From Candidatus Latescibacterota bacterium (GTDB lineage: Bacteria; Latescibacterota; UBA2968; UBA8231), in assembly GCA_965217585.1 (NCBI GenBank), contig OZ244561.1:1632001-1696000 (forward strand): a DNA stretch of 64,000 nucleotides. The letters are read 5' to 3'. The notes below the pieces were generated by a model, which saw nothing but the letters and a program-made list of their open reading frames with translations, had not been told where the DNA came from and made no database searches. Both the position numbers and the translations under genes were made by a program. Below, in pieces: positions 50,973 to 61,379 of the stretch. Position 1 is the first letter of the stretch; each line of letters opens with the position of its first letter.

Positions 50973-51164
50973 AGCAAATCTCTCGTCGACCCGTTCTTCT
51001 GTATAACCCGCTGTTTTCTCTTACCCCAAGTAGGTGTATAATACCGATTTGACTTTTTAGTGTCCTAATTACCCTCTTCTCTTGGGGGAGACTTATTAGG
51101 ACAGACGATTAGCAAAACGGTATAAGATACTACTTGGCATAAATTTGTGAAACAGCGGACATAA

Positions 51165-51199
51165 GAAGGCCCAAGATGCCAGACGACATCTTGGGCTTC
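51165..51199 (-). terminator. Hairpin/terminator downstream of bamA
   Basis: GCCCAAGATG/CATCTTGGGC 10-bp stem, followed by CTTCTTAT on the minus strand. Confidence 0.65.
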
Positions 51200-51223
51200 G
51201 TCTTTTGCCCCTGCGATCGGGAA

Positions 51224-53629
51224 CTAGTAAAACTGCGGTCCAAACTGGAAGTGAGTCTTCCAGCCAGCCGGCGCGCCATCGACTTTCTCGCGGTCAAAAC
51301 CATAGCCGAAGTCGAAGCCGATCATCCCCAGCATCGGCGTCTGGACGCGAAAACCAAAGCCCAGCGAGCGCCTGAGCTTCAAGGGATTGAGTTCGGGAAT
51401 CATCCTCCAAGCGTTGCCCGCATCTGCAAAGAGGATGCCGTACACTTGTTGCTCGGCTATCGGAAAGCGGTACTCTAGATTCAACACCATCATCGAGCGG
51501 CCGCCGAGAGGAATCCCGCTGGCCTCGTCCTTTGGGCCCAAAGAGTAATCCGGATAGCCCCGGACCTGTCCGTCCCAGTAATCAATACCGCCCGGAGTAA
51601 ACAGGTCATAATACGAAATGTGGTTGTCGTCCCAGTCGGAAAAACCATCTATAACCGCGACTTTGGTCTCCAAACTCCAGACGAACTTCCACCAACTCGG
51701 CCGGTAGTAGTTGAAATTCACTTCGTGGTTGTGGAAGTCCACATCGCCAGCAACGATCGAGGAGGCGACCGATGGAGTGTAGCTAAAGAGCGTGCCCTTG
51801 GTCGGGAACTCGGCCCGGTCGCGCGTATCGCGCGTATAGATCAACTCAAAGCGGCTCGTAAGCCGATCTTGGTATCTGGGATCGCTTGCCAATGGAGCGT
51901 TGCCGTCTGCAAAGTCAGAATAGCCTTGGCTATAAAGGCGATAACCCAACGAAAGGCTGGAATTGGCCGGTTTCTTCAACCGCCGGCCCACGCGCACATT
52001 GATCGACTTGCGATTGGATTTCCAGAGGATCGAATTGCTATTGTTTAGCCGATAGTCGGCTCGCCGGTAGTCGTAGTACTGGATGTTTTGCGTATAAGCG
52101 CGCGCCGACAAACTAGTCGGGGTGTCGAAGAGCCAAGGCTCGGTAAAACCGACTAGGAACTGCTCGCGTCGGGTGCCAAACTCCCAGTTAAAGTCTAGAC
52201 TCTGGCCCATCCCGCGGAAGTTGGGAATCTGCAATCCGAGCTGGCCCACCATCTTGTCGCGGTCTGAATACCCCGCCCCCATAGACGCTTGCCCGGTCTG
52301 CCGCTCATCGACGTTAAATACCATATCCACCAGCCGCTCGCCTTCGCCTGTGCTATACTGAGGCTGGATTTGCACATCCTTGAAGAAGTTCAACAGATGT
52401 ATGCGCCGCTGACTTTCTTGGACGAGATTCTGCTGATAAATATCGCCCGGACGCAATTCGATCTCGCGCCGGATCACCTTCTCCCGCGTCTTGGTGTTGC
52501 CGGCGATTTCGACCTTGCGGATCGTCCACGGCTGCCCCTCAAATACCTGAAACGACACGTCAATCGAGTCGTTGCGAATCGTCTCCTGCGGCACTACGCG
52601 CGTGTCCAAGTAGCCCTTCTCGTAATAGACAAAGCGCGCCAAATCGGCCAACTCTGGCCCCGAGCGCCCATATACCATCCCCTCCTGCAACTCCAGCTTC
52701 CCCACTAACTCGTCGGTGCCGAAGAGCGAGTTGCCCTCCCAAGCGACTTGGCCCAACCGGTACTGTAGCCCCTCGTCGATTTCCACATCGATGAACAAGT
52801 GCCGCCGCGTCGAGTCGTAATAGACGCTGTCGCGCACTATGGCTGCCTGCTGGAAGCCCAAGCTGCGATAGTACGCCAGCAGCCTCTGCTTGTCCTCCTC
52901 ATACGTATCGCCGTTGAACTCGCTCTTGCGCCACCAGCGCTTCTCCTTGGTCTCCATCAGCGACACCAACCGGCGCGGCTCTGGGCCTTGGCTATCCCAT
53001 TTTTGCGGACGCCGTGGACTCCGCGCTGGCAACTCTCGGCTGTCGATCACCGTGCCGTCGGCGCGGTGCTGGACCAAGCGGATCTGCTTGATCTGCACCT
53101 TGGAGCCCTCGTTGATGTCGTATTGGAGGAATACCTCGCCCTCTTCCGCGCCGGCAAAGGTCTGGCCCTTGACCTCGGCGCGCAGATAGCCCTTCTCCCG
53201 ATAGAGGTCGAGGATTTTCTGCTCGCCCCGCACCACATCCCTCGGCGCGATAACCTGACCGGTGACCAAGCTCAGCGCTTCTTTGAAGTCCTTCTCTTTG
53301 AGGTTTTTCTGCCCCTTGAACTGCAAACCCTCTAAGGCCGGGTATTCTTCAACCATGATGATCAGGTTGATTCCCTCGGGGACGGGATCGCCCCATATCT
53401 GGATATCCTCAAAGACGTTGAGCCCTTGGAGATCGCGCACCGCCTGCTGCACGTTCTCTTGCGACAGCTCAACTCCAGGCTCCAAGCCCACTGTGGTCAA
53501 GATCAACGACTTGGCCACCTTGCGCAGCGCACCCTGCACCTCGATCGAGACAACCTTCTGGGCCTCGACCGCGCTCCCCATCAACCCCACAGAGACAACT
53601 GCAAAAAGTATAGTGCGGAAAATTTTCAT
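51224..53629 (-). CDS. bamA: Outer membrane protein assembly factor BamA
   Basis: Signal peptide, POTRA repeats (GNTKTREKVIRRE), VRGY lid motif, C-terminal HFQFG. Confidence 0.95.
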   Translation of the reverse strand: MKIFRTILFAVVSVGLMGSAVEAQKVVSIEVQGALRKVAKSLILTTVGLEPGVELSQENVQQAVRDLQGLNVFEDIQIWGDPVPEGINLIIMVEEYPALEGLQFKGQKNLKEKDFKEALSLVTGQVIAPRDVVRGEQKILDLYREKGYLRAEVKGQTFAGAEEGEVFLQYDINEGSKVQIKQIRLVQHRADGTVIDSRELPARSPRRPQKWDSQGPEPRRLVSLMETKEKRWWRKSEFNGDTYEEDKQRLLAYYRSLGFQQAAIVRDSVYYDSTRRHLFIDVEIDEGLQYRLGQVAWEGNSLFGTDELVGKLELQEGMVYGRSGPELADLARFVYYEKGYLDTRVVPQETIRNDSIDVSFQVFEGQPWTIRKVEIAGNTKTREKVIRREIELRPGDIYQQNLVQESQRRIHLLNFFKDVQIQPQYSTGEGERLVDMVFNVDERQTGQASMGAGYSDRDKMVGQLGLQIPNFRGMGQSLDFNWEFGTRREQFLVGFTEPWLFDTPTSLSARAYTQNIQYYDYRRADYRLNNSNSILWKSNRKSINVRVGRRLKKPANSSLSLGYRLYSQGYSDFADGNAPLASDPRYQDRLTSRFELIYTRDTRDRAEFPTKGTLFSYTPSVASSIVAGDVDFHNHEVNFNYYRPSWWKFVWSLETKVAVIDGFSDWDDNHISYYDLFTPGGIDYWDGQVRGYPDYSLGPKDEASGIPLGGRSMMVLNLEYRFPIAEQQVYGILFADAGNAWRMIPELNPLKLRRSLGFGFRVQTPMLGMIGFDFGYGFDREKVDGAPAGWKTHFQFGPQFY

Positions 53630-53630
53630 A

Positions 53631-56099
53631 TCAGTTCGTGGTCGCGCGCTTCTTCTTCACCTCTTCGCCCGCACCCTCTCGACGCTCCTCGTCGAAAACT
53701 AGTTCCTCGCCCTTTTTGGTGACGCGAATGCGACTGCCCTCGCCAAAGCGGCCCTGGAGAATCTCCTCGGCCAGCGGATCTTCGAGCATCTTCTGGATGG
53801 CCCGCTCCAAATAGCGCGCTCCATACGCCTGATCAAAACCCTTGTCGGCGAGCAACGTTTTGGCTCCGGGCGTAACTCGCACTTGGATGTCCTGTAGTGC
53901 CAAACGCGCTTTGAATTCCTCCAAGCGAATATCTATGATGGCGGCGATGTGCTCTTTGTCGAGCGCGTGGAAAATGATGGTGTTGTCAACGCGATTGAGG
54001 AATTCGGGGTTGAAGGTCCTTTTCAAGGCGTCGTTGATCTTGCCCTCCATCAGCGCGTACATCGAGTCGGAATCGGACTTCTGAAAGCCCAATACACCGC
54101 CCGTGCCCACATCCCGACTACCCGCGTTAGAGGTCATAATCAGCACGGTGTTGCAGAAATCTACTTTGCGGCCCGTGCTATCGGTAAGGCGCCCCTCGTC
54201 GAGAATCTGCAACAGGATGTTGAAGACATCGGGATGGGCTTTCTCGACCTCGTCTAGCAGAACCACTGAATAAGGACGGCGGCGAACCCGCTCGGTTAGC
54301 TGCCCTCCCTCGTCAAAACCCACGTAGCCCGGAGGTGCGCCAATCAGGCGCGACACCGCGAATTTCTCCATGTACTCAGACATATCGACCGCAATCAACG
54401 CATCGGCGTCGTCGAAGAGGAATTCGGCTAGCCGCTTGGCCAACTCGGTCTTGCCCACGCCCGTCGGGCCGAGAAAGATAAACGAACCGATGGGCCGCTT
54501 GGGATCCTGTAGGCCCGCGCGACTGCGTCGGATAGCCCGCGCAATCGCGGTGACCGCCTGCTTTTGACCGACGATTTTTTTTGTGAGCGCGTCTTCCATG
54601 GCCAGCAGGCGCTCGGTCTCGGTCTTGGCCAGCCGCGAGATCGGGATGCCGGTCATACTGGCGATGACCTCGGCGATGTCGTCTGTCGTCACTTCGACTA
54701 CTTCGTCGCGGACCGCTTCCTCCCAGGCTTGGCGTTTGTTTTGTAGCTGTTCATTCAAATGGAACGCCTTGTCGCGTAGCACGGCGGCGTCCTCGAAATC
54801 TTGGCGCTCGGACGCTTCATTTTTTTGGCGGTTGATCTCCTGTATCTCGGCCTCAATTCGACCGATCTCTTCCGGCGGACTAAGCCGAGCTAGATGTACG
54901 CGCGAGCCCGTCTCGTCAATCACGTCAATGGCCTTGTCGGGCAAGTAGCGGTCGCTTATGTAGCGGTCGGCTTGGCGCACCGCATAGGCAACGACATCGT
55001 CGGCAAACTCCACGTGATGGTGGCTCTCGTAGCTGGAGCGCAGCCCCTTGACGATCTCAACGGTGTCCTCGACCGAGGGTGGATCAACCATGATGCTCTG
55101 AAAGCGCCGCTCGAGGGCCCCGTCCTTTTCGATGTGCTTGCGATATTCGTCGAGGGTGGTGGCCCCGATGCACTGCAATTCGCCGCGCGCCAAAGCGGGC
55201 TTGAACATATTGGAAGCATCCAACGTGCCCTCGGCACTGCCGGCACCGACAATGGTGTGCAACTCGTCGATGAAAATGATGACTTCGGAGTTTTGCTGGA
55301 GCTCGTTCATCACCGCCTTGATGCGCTCTTCAAACTGGCCCCGGTATTTGGTGCCGGCGACCACTCCGCCCATGTCGAGGGTGACCAAGCGTTTGTCGAG
55401 GAGGATCTGCGGCACGCGCTTTTCAATGATGCGCTGGGCCAGCCCTTCGACAATGGCCGTCTTGCCGACGCCCGGGTCGCCAATGAGGACGGGATTGTTC
55501 TTCTTGCGGCGGCTGAGCACTTGCGTGACGCGCTCAATCTCCTTCTGGCGACCGATCACTGGGTCTAGCTTGCCCTCGCGCGCCAACTGGGTCAGGTCGC
55601 GGCCAAAGTGGTCGAGGAAGGGCGTCTTGCTTTTCTTGCCCTTTTCCTTGCGTCCAGTGGTCTTGCCTTCGAGCACGGCCAAGGTCTCTTCCATGGCTGC
55701 TTTGTAATCGACCCCAAAGGCGGCCAAAATCTGCGCAGCAACCCCCTCCTTGTCCTTGAGCAGAGCCAAGAGCAGGTGTTCGACGTCGACGAACTGCGTT
55801 TTCATCTCCTTGGCCTCATTGACCGCCACTTCAAGGATCTTTTTAGCGCGGGGGGTGTAGGGCACCTCGCCGATAGTCATGGTGCCGCCCGAGGTCGTCA
55901 CGTAGTCTTCCACCGACTGTTTGACCGTCTCCAAGCTCAACCCCAAGTTCGTCAGCACGGCCACGGCCTTGCTCTTGCCATCCTTGATAATGCCCAACAG
56001 CAGATGCTCGGTGCCGACGTAATTGTGGCCTAAGCGCGCTGACTCCTCACGCGCTAGCTTCACTATCTGTCTTAGGTTTTCGGTGAACATGTTGTCCAT
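53631..56099 (-). CDS. clpC: ATP-dependent Clp protease ATPase ClpC
   Basis: Clp-N repeats, [11 protein letters not shown] middle domain, [13 protein letters not shown]. Confidence 0.96.
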   Translation of the reverse strand: MDNMFTENLRQIVKLAREESARLGHNYVGTEHLLLGIIKDGKSKAVAVLTNLGLSLETVKQSVEDYVTTSGGTMTIGEVPYTPRAKKILEVAVNEAKEMKTQFVDVEHLLLALLKDKEGVAAQILAAFGVDYKAAMEETLAVLEGKTTGRKEKGKKSKTPFLDHFGRDLTQLAREGKLDPVIGRQKEIERVTQVLSRRKKNNPVLIGDPGVGKTAIVEGLAQRIIEKRVPQILLDKRLVTLDMGGVVAGTKYRGQFEERIKAVMNELQQNSEVIIFIDELHTIVGAGSAEGTLDASNMFKPALARGELQCIGATTLDEYRKHIEKDGALERRFQSIMVDPPSVEDTVEIVKGLRSSYESHHHVEFADDVVAYAVRQADRYISDRYLPDKAIDVIDETGSRVHLARLSPPEEIGRIEAEIQEINRQKNEASERQDFEDAAVLRDKAFHLNEQLQNKRQAWEEAVRDEVVEVTTDDIAEVIASMTGIPISRLAKTETERLLAMEDALTKKIVGQKQAVTAIARAIRRSRAGLQDPKRPIGSFIFLGPTGVGKTELAKRLAEFLFDDADALIAVDMSEYMEKFAVSRLIGAPPGYVGFDEGGQLTERVRRRPYSVVLLDEVEKAHPDVFNILLQILDEGRLTDSTGRKVDFCNTVLIMTSNAGSRDVGTGGVLGFQKSDSDSMYALMEGKINDALKRTFNPEFLNRVDNTIIFHALDKEHIAAIIDIRLEEFKARLALQDIQVRVTPGAKTLLADKGFDQAYGARYLERAIQKMLEDPLAEEILQGRFGEGSRIRVTKKGEELVFDEERREGAGEEVKKKRATTN

Positions 56100-56225
56100 C
56101 TAGTCGTCCTCCACAATCCGCCTATGTAAGTAAGGAAGCTTGATTCTCGACAATTCGGAGAGCGTGAATTGAATATCGAGCATTAAAAATCTCGATTTTG
56201 AACCTACCAAAAGGGCAGATTGTTG

Positions 56226-57290
56226 TCAAGATGCCCCCCCCTGTTCGGCCCAGCACCGCCTCACTAGTTCGGCGCGGCGCACATCGCGGTCTGCCGACGA
56301 GAGATCCGCTCGGGCTTCGGCCTGCAAATGCGAGGGCTGGGTAACGATCATTAGCTGGTTAATAAAGCCGCGAGGCAAGCCGTCGATCATCCCCAAACTA
56401 CATCCTAAACGCACCGCCGATAGCAAGTTCATAAACTCCTGACCGCTCAACACCCGCGCGTGTTGCAAAATCCCATAAGCCCGCCAAACCTTGTCCTCCA
56501 CTTGCGCCGGTGCGTCTGCCAGCAGGGCGGCCTGCGCCTCCTTTTCGTGGCCCATAATCTGTTGGGTCACCTCGGAGAGCTTCTCGACGATCTCCCCTTC
56601 AGCTACGCCTATGGTGGCTTGGTTGGATATCTGAAACAGGTTGCCGACCGCATTGGTGCCTTCTCCGTAGAAACCGCGCACCGCGAAAGCCATCCAGGCC
56701 AAACCGCGCATCACCCGCTCCATATCCTTGGTCAGGACTAAGGCCGGCAGATGGATGAGCACCGATATCCGCAAGCCCGTCCCCGTATTGGTCGGGCAGG
56801 CTGTCAAGAAGCCCCAGCGCTCCGATTGCGCCCAATCCAATTCGCTCCTGAGCGCGTCGTCGAGCGCATCAACCCGCTGCCACGCCGCGTGCGTTTGCAA
56901 ACCCGGGAGGATGGCCTGTAAGCGGAGGTGATCCTCCTCGTTGATCATCACGCTGAGCGACTCGTCCGCATTGAAGAGCACGCCGCGCTGGCCCTTGCTT
57001 TTGGCGAGAGCCGGGCTAATCAGGTGGCGCTCCACCAGCAACTGGCGCTGGTTGGCTTGTAGGGCGTTCATTTGGAAAAAGGCCGCATCGCGCATCGGGC
57101 GGCACTTTTGGGCGGCACTCAGGACCTGTTCAATGATTTTCTCTTGGTCTTCGAGCGTGGTCTTCGGCGCAAAGGGCCGCGCTGCGAGATTGCGGGCCAA
57201 GCGGGCGCGGCAACTAACGACCATGCCGTCGGCATCCCCTTCCCCGCTGAGCCAGCTAGCCGCATTGTAAACGAGGTCCTCAATATTCAC
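56226..57290 (-). CDS. mcsB: Protein arginine kinase
   Basis: RARLARN, LVERHLIS, NEEDHLR, LTACPTNTGTGLR, FQISNQ. Confidence 0.94.
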   Translation of the reverse strand: MNIEDLVYNAASWLSGEGDADGMVVSCRARLARNLAARPFAPKTTLEDQEKIIEQVLSAAQKCRPMRDAAFFQMNALQANQRQLLVERHLISPALAKSKGQRGVLFNADESLSVMINEEDHLRLQAILPGLQTHAAWQRVDALDDALRSELDWAQSERWGFLTACPTNTGTGLRISVLIHLPALVLTKDMERVMRGLAWMAFAVRGFYGEGTNAVGNLFQISNQATIGVAEGEIVEKLSEVTQQIMGHEKEAQAALLADAPAQVEDKVWRAYGILQHARVLSGQEFMNLLSAVRLGCSLGMIDGLPRGFINQLMIVTQPSHLQAEARADLSSADRDVRRAELVRRCWAEQGGAS

Positions 57291-57292
57291 GG

Positions 57293-57799
57293 CTATTTTC
57301 CTTCGAGGACGCGGATGCGGTCCCTGAGCTGAGCCGCCTCTTCAAAGGCCTCTTCCGCTACCGCTTGGGCCAGCTCGTCGCGCAATCGCTCCAGCTCGTC
57401 GGCTGCCTGGGCACTTTGTGCCGCCTCCATCGGCCCCTTGCCCTGGTGCCTGTTGTCGCCGTGGATGCGCTTGAGCAGGCGCTCTAGCTGTGAGGCGAAG
57501 GCATCGTAACAATGCGGGCAGCCGAGGCGGCCAATCTTCTTGAACTCCTCGTAGCTCATCTCGCAAGTCGGACAGCGCGCTCCCCCGTCGCCTTCGGCTC
57601 CGGCCAACTTGGCCAACTCTATCTTGATTTCCTTCACCAGCACGGGCGCGTCTTTGGCCTGCGCAGCCGGGGCTATCCGCACCTTGATGTTTTTTTCGCT
57701 AGCGCACTCATGGCAAAGCAAGAGCGTCTGTTTTACGTCGTCAACGATATGGGTATAGGCCACTACGGCCTCGCGCTTGGCGCACACTCCGCATTTCAT
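57293..57799 (-). CDS. mcsA: McsA (CxxC motifs plus UVR domain)
   Basis: CGVC, CHEC, CPTC, GCPHCY, EAFEEAAQLRDRI. Confidence 0.9.
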   Translation of the reverse strand: MKCGVCAKREAVVAYTHIVDDVKQTLLLCHECASEKNIKVRIAPAAQAKDAPVLVKEIKIELAKLAGAEGDGGARCPTCEMSYEEFKKIGRLGCPHCYDAFASQLERLLKRIHGDNRHQGKGPMEAAQSAQAADELERLRDELAQAVAEEAFEEAAQLRDRIRVLEGK

Positions 57800-58488
57800 G
57801 CCGCACCGTCTTCCATCTGCAACACACCCGCTTCTATGCGTCCCTGGCGATCCATGCTCTGGGCCAGTTGGCGGTCGTGGGTCATCACCACAAAAGCCTG
57901 CCCGCGCTCCCGGGCCAATCCGGCGAGTAGTTGGTGCAAAGACTCGCTGGCCGCCTCGTCGAGATTGCCCGACGGCTCGTCGGCCAGCACGATCAACGGC
58001 TGGGTGATCAGCGCTCGCACCATGGCCACCCGCTGACACTCGCCGCCCGACAGCGTCCCAGGCCGGTGGTGCAAGCGGTCGGCTAGCCCGACGGAATCCA
58101 TCAGCTCAAGGGCCTCCTTACGGCGATCGACGCCAGCAACCCGCGCCGGCAACAAGACGTTTTCCAGCGCGGTAAATTCCGGCAGCAGGTAGTGAAATTG
58201 GAATACGAAGCCAATGTGCCGATTGCGAAAGCGCGATAGCGCCTGATCTTCGAGGTTGAGCACGTCGATGCCGGCGATCCGCAATTGGCCGGCCGTCGGC
58301 AGGTCGAGCGTACCCAACAGGTGCAGCAAGGTGCTCTTGCCAACTCCAGACTCGCCCATAACTGCGACCAACTCGCCCGCCCGCACTGCTAAGTCCACGC
58401 CTTTGAGCACTTCCAAGCCCTCGCCGCCGGTGCTGAATACCTTGCGCAAACCGCGCGCTTCGAGGATGATGTCGGCTTGTTTCACCAT
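57796..58488 (-). CDS. lolD: Lipoprotein-releasing ABC ATP-binding protein
   Basis: GESGVGKST, GFVFQFHYLLPEF, LSGGE, ADEPSGNLD. Confidence 0.9.
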   Translation of the reverse strand: MVKQADIILEARGLRKVFSTGGEGLEVLKGVDLAVRAGELVAVMGESGVGKSTLLHLLGTLDLPTAGQLRIAGIDVLNLEDQALSRFRNRHIGFVFQFHYLLPEFTALENVLLPARVAGVDRRKEALELMDSVGLADRLHHRPGTLSGGECQRVAMVRALITQPLIVLADEPSGNLDEAASESLHQLLAGLARERGQAFVVMTHDRQLAQSMDRQGRIEAGVLQMEDGAA

Positions 58489-58489
58489 G

Positions 58490-59755
58490 CTACATTATAT
58501 ACCTAATAGCTTCTACGGGCATCAACCCAGCGGCCTTGTGCGCCGGATAAATCGACGTCGCCAAGCAGATGACCATGCTAATCGCCGCCACTAGCGCAAA
58601 GTCCACGACATCCATATCCACGGGCAACGAACTGATGAAATACATGTCCCCGGGAATGGAAATCAGGGCGAAGCGCTGTTGGGCAAAGCAGAGCGCAAAG
58701 CCGATCAAGCAACCCAAGAAGGTGCCGATGCCACCAATGACCAAGCCCTGATAGATAAAAATGCGATAAATCTCGCCCACGGTGCAACCTATTGTCCGCA
58801 AGATGCCGATCTCGGGCGTCTTGATCAGCACCGACATGACCAAGATCGACATGATGTTAAAGGCAGCGACCAGCACGATGAGGCTCAACGCGAGGAAGAT
58901 CGCCCATTTTTCCAACTCGATCCAGCGAAAAAACTCGGGGAAAAGCTGGGTCCAATCGCGCACTTGGTAGGGATAGCCCAACTCCTTGGCTAGGCGGTCG
59001 CGGATCTCAGGCGCTTGGTAGATGTCTTCGACGCGGACGTGGACATCGGTAATCGCATCGCCCAATTCGAGCATGCGCTGGGCGTCTGCTATATGAATAA
59101 AAGCATAGTTATCATCATACTGGTACATGCCGCTTTCAAAATGATCGGTCACAAAAAAAGACCACGGGCGGGGTGAGAAGCCGTCCATCACGGCTGCTTC
59201 CACATCGAGATTTTGCACCGTCATCAGCAACACCTCAGAACCCGGCCCCACATGCAAGCGTCGCGCCAAGTACTCGCCGAGGACAATCCCCCGCTTATTT
59301 AGCTCTGCGAGCAAGCCGAGGCGCAGCTGCCTTTCTGGATCGGCATAGCGCAGGTGTTCGGTCAGGTCGGAAACCATCGGAAAGGTCGCCGGATCAATGC
59401 CCCACACGGGAATGCCATCGACCCGACCCAAGTCGAGCTGCGAAGCAACAATGACCTTGGAATCCACCACCGGTGCCGCGCCCACGACCCCGGCAGCGCC
59501 TTTCACCTGCTGCAGCAGCGCGTCCCAGTCCGCGATGGGGCCGCCGTCGAAGCGGCGAATGTTGACATGGGCGTTCATGCCGATCAGCCGATTTTTGACT
59601 TCGCCGGCAAAGCCATTTGTCACCGAGAGGATGATCACCAAAGCCGCTACCCCCAAGACCACTCCGCCAACGGCCATATAGGCAATGACTGAGAAGAAGC
59701 CCTCGCGCTGTTTGGAGCGCAGGTAGCGACAGGCGACAAACAAGGCGATGCTCAC
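58490..59755 (-). CDS. lolE: Lipoprotein-releasing ABC permease (LolC/E)
   Basis: GVAALVIILSV.NGF, IVLVAAFNI, EIGILRTIG, YPAHKAA; GTG start overlapping the prfB stop. Confidence 0.88.
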   Translation of the reverse strand: MSIALFVACRYLRSKQREGFFSVIAYMAVGGVVLGVAALVIILSVTNGFAGEVKNRLIGMNAHVNIRRFDGGPIADWDALLQQVKGAAGVVGAAPVVDSKVIVASQLDLGRVDGIPVWGIDPATFPMVSDLTEHLRYADPERQLRLGLLAELNKRGIVLGEYLARRLHVGPGSEVLLMTVQNLDVEAAVMDGFSPRPWSFFVTDHFESGMYQYDDNYAFIHIADAQRMLELGDAITDVHVRVEDIYQAPEIRDRLAKELGYPYQVRDWTQLFPEFFRWIELEKWAIFLALSLIVLVAAFNIMSILVMSVLIKTPEIGILRTIGCTVGEIYRIFIYQGLVIGGIGTFLGCLIGFALCFAQQRFALISIPGDMYFISSLPVDMDVVDFALVAAISMVICLATSIYPAHKAAGLMPVEAIRYIM

Positions 59756-60847
59756 GCTTGTCCCTCGGTCAAATAGGCCCGGATGAATCGGTCGATGTCT
59801 CCGTCCATTACCGCTTGGACATTGGCCGTTTCGCAAGCGGTGCGGTGGTCCTTGACTATGGTGTATGGATGGAGCACATAGGAGCGGATCTGCGAGCCGA
59901 AGTCAATGCTCTTCTTGGTGCTCTCCACCGCAAGCTGCTTCTGCTTCTGTTCGTCCTTGAGGTGCTGGTATAAACGCGCCTTCAGCACCTTAAACGCAGT
60001 GGCCTTGTTCTTGAACTGCGAGCGCTCGTTTTGGCACTGGACGACAATGCCGGTGGGCAGATGTGTGACCCGCACGGCCGAGGCGGTCTTGTTCACGTGT
60101 TGGCCGCCCGCGCCCCCGGAGCGGTAGGTTTCGACCTTAACGTCCTCGTCGTTGAGGTCCACCTCGATATCGTCTTCGACTTCTGGATAGACAAAGACCG
60201 AGGCAAACGAAGTGTGCCGGCGGCGGCTCGTATCAAAAGGCGAGAGCCGCACCAAGCGATGGACGCCGGCCTCGGCCTTGAGGTAGCCATACGCATAATC
60301 TCCCCTAACCTCAATGGTTGCGCCCTTGATGCCAGCTTCCTCGGCCTGCTGCAGATCCACGACCGCGCATTCCATGCCGCGGCGCTCGGTCCAGCGCGTG
60401 TACAGGCGCATCAGCATCGACGCCCATTCGGCTGCGTCCGTGCCCCCTGCCCCCGAGTGGATGACCAAAATTGCGTTCTTGGGGTCGTCCTCTTCGCTGA
60501 GCATCGTGCGAAACTCCAATTCGCCAATGCCCCGCATCGCGTGCTCGACCTCGGCTGCGACCTCGGTCAGCGCCTCTGCATCCCCCTCTTCGGCCGCCAT
60601 CTGCCGCAGTTGGTCCAAATCCTCCAACTGCGCGTCCAAGGTCTCCCAATCAACGATGGTGTCCTTGAGGATGCGCGTCGCCTTGCCGACGGATTCGGCC
60701 TGCCGCCGGTCGCTCCAGAAGTCCACAGCCGCCATGCGTTTTTCTAGTGCGGCCAGCTCTTCCTTCTTGCCGCTTATGTCAAAGATACCCTCTCAGCCGC
60801 TCTAGCTGCTGCCGCCCGCTTACCAACTGTTCCTCAATCGTGGCCAT
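59752..60847 (-). CDS. prfB: Peptide chain release factor 2 with programmed +1 frameshift (join 60847-60782, 60780-59752; about 364 aa)
   Basis: SPF and GGQ motifs; GAGAGGGTAT-CTT-TGA-C after codon 22. Confidence 0.96.
60778..60794 (-). promoter_or_regulatory. prfB autoregulatory +1 frameshift site
   Basis: Internal SD-like AGGG followed by TAT CTT TGA C. Confidence 0.92.
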
Positions 60848-61361
60848 TGTCGTCTTCCTCGGTTTCGTTGTAGCGATCAAAAAGGAGGCTTTCGTGCTTG
60901 CGCTCAGAGGGTATTTCAAAGAGTAGCTGCCCCTCGTACACCGCGCCCTTGGTCCCCTCGAGCTCGTCGCTGTGCTCAATAAAAAACGGCGATCGCGACA
61001 GCGGGTAATACCGCCGCCCGCGGTCGTCAACGAGCTGAAAACACCGCGGCACAATCGCCCAGGCGAGCTGCAAATTCACCTGCAAACGCACGTCGATGAG
61101 CACGAACTTGTGGCCCACGTCGGGCGGGCCGTGGAAAAAGTGCATGTAGCGCACCCCATCCGGAGGCACCGTCAGGGCAACTTGGTTGTTGATGTTGGCG
61201 AACAGGTTGGTCAAGTTTTCCAGCTTGTCCGCCGATTTGCCCGTCAGGCTCACCCCAATGTAGATCGGCACGAAGAGAGTCACGCCGCCCAAGGCGAAGC
61301 GGTTGAGCAGCCGCAGGCGTTTGTTGAACTGCTTCTTGCGCTCGCTTGCGGGGATCACCAT
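60834..61361 (-). CDS. Membrane-anchored protein with an Ig-like (DUF4352-like) domain
   Basis: One N-terminal TM; KFVLIDV...FQLVDDRGRRY...GQLLFEIP. Confidence 0.65.
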   Translation of the reverse strand: MVIPASERKKQFNKRLRLLNRFALGGVTLFVPIYIGVSLTGKSADKLENLTNLFANINNQVALTVPPDGVRYMHFFHGPPDVGHKFVLIDVRLQVNLQLAWAIVPRCFQLVDDRGRRYYPLSRSPFFIEHSDELEGTKGAVYEGQLLFEIPSERKHESLLFDRYNETEEDDNGHD

Positions 61362-61379
61362 AGCGTCTCCTCAGAGAAC

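Noticed and set aside
56100-56225. CtsR, CIRCE or HAIR operator upstream of clpC
   Set aside because: No convincing match to those consensus sequences by eye
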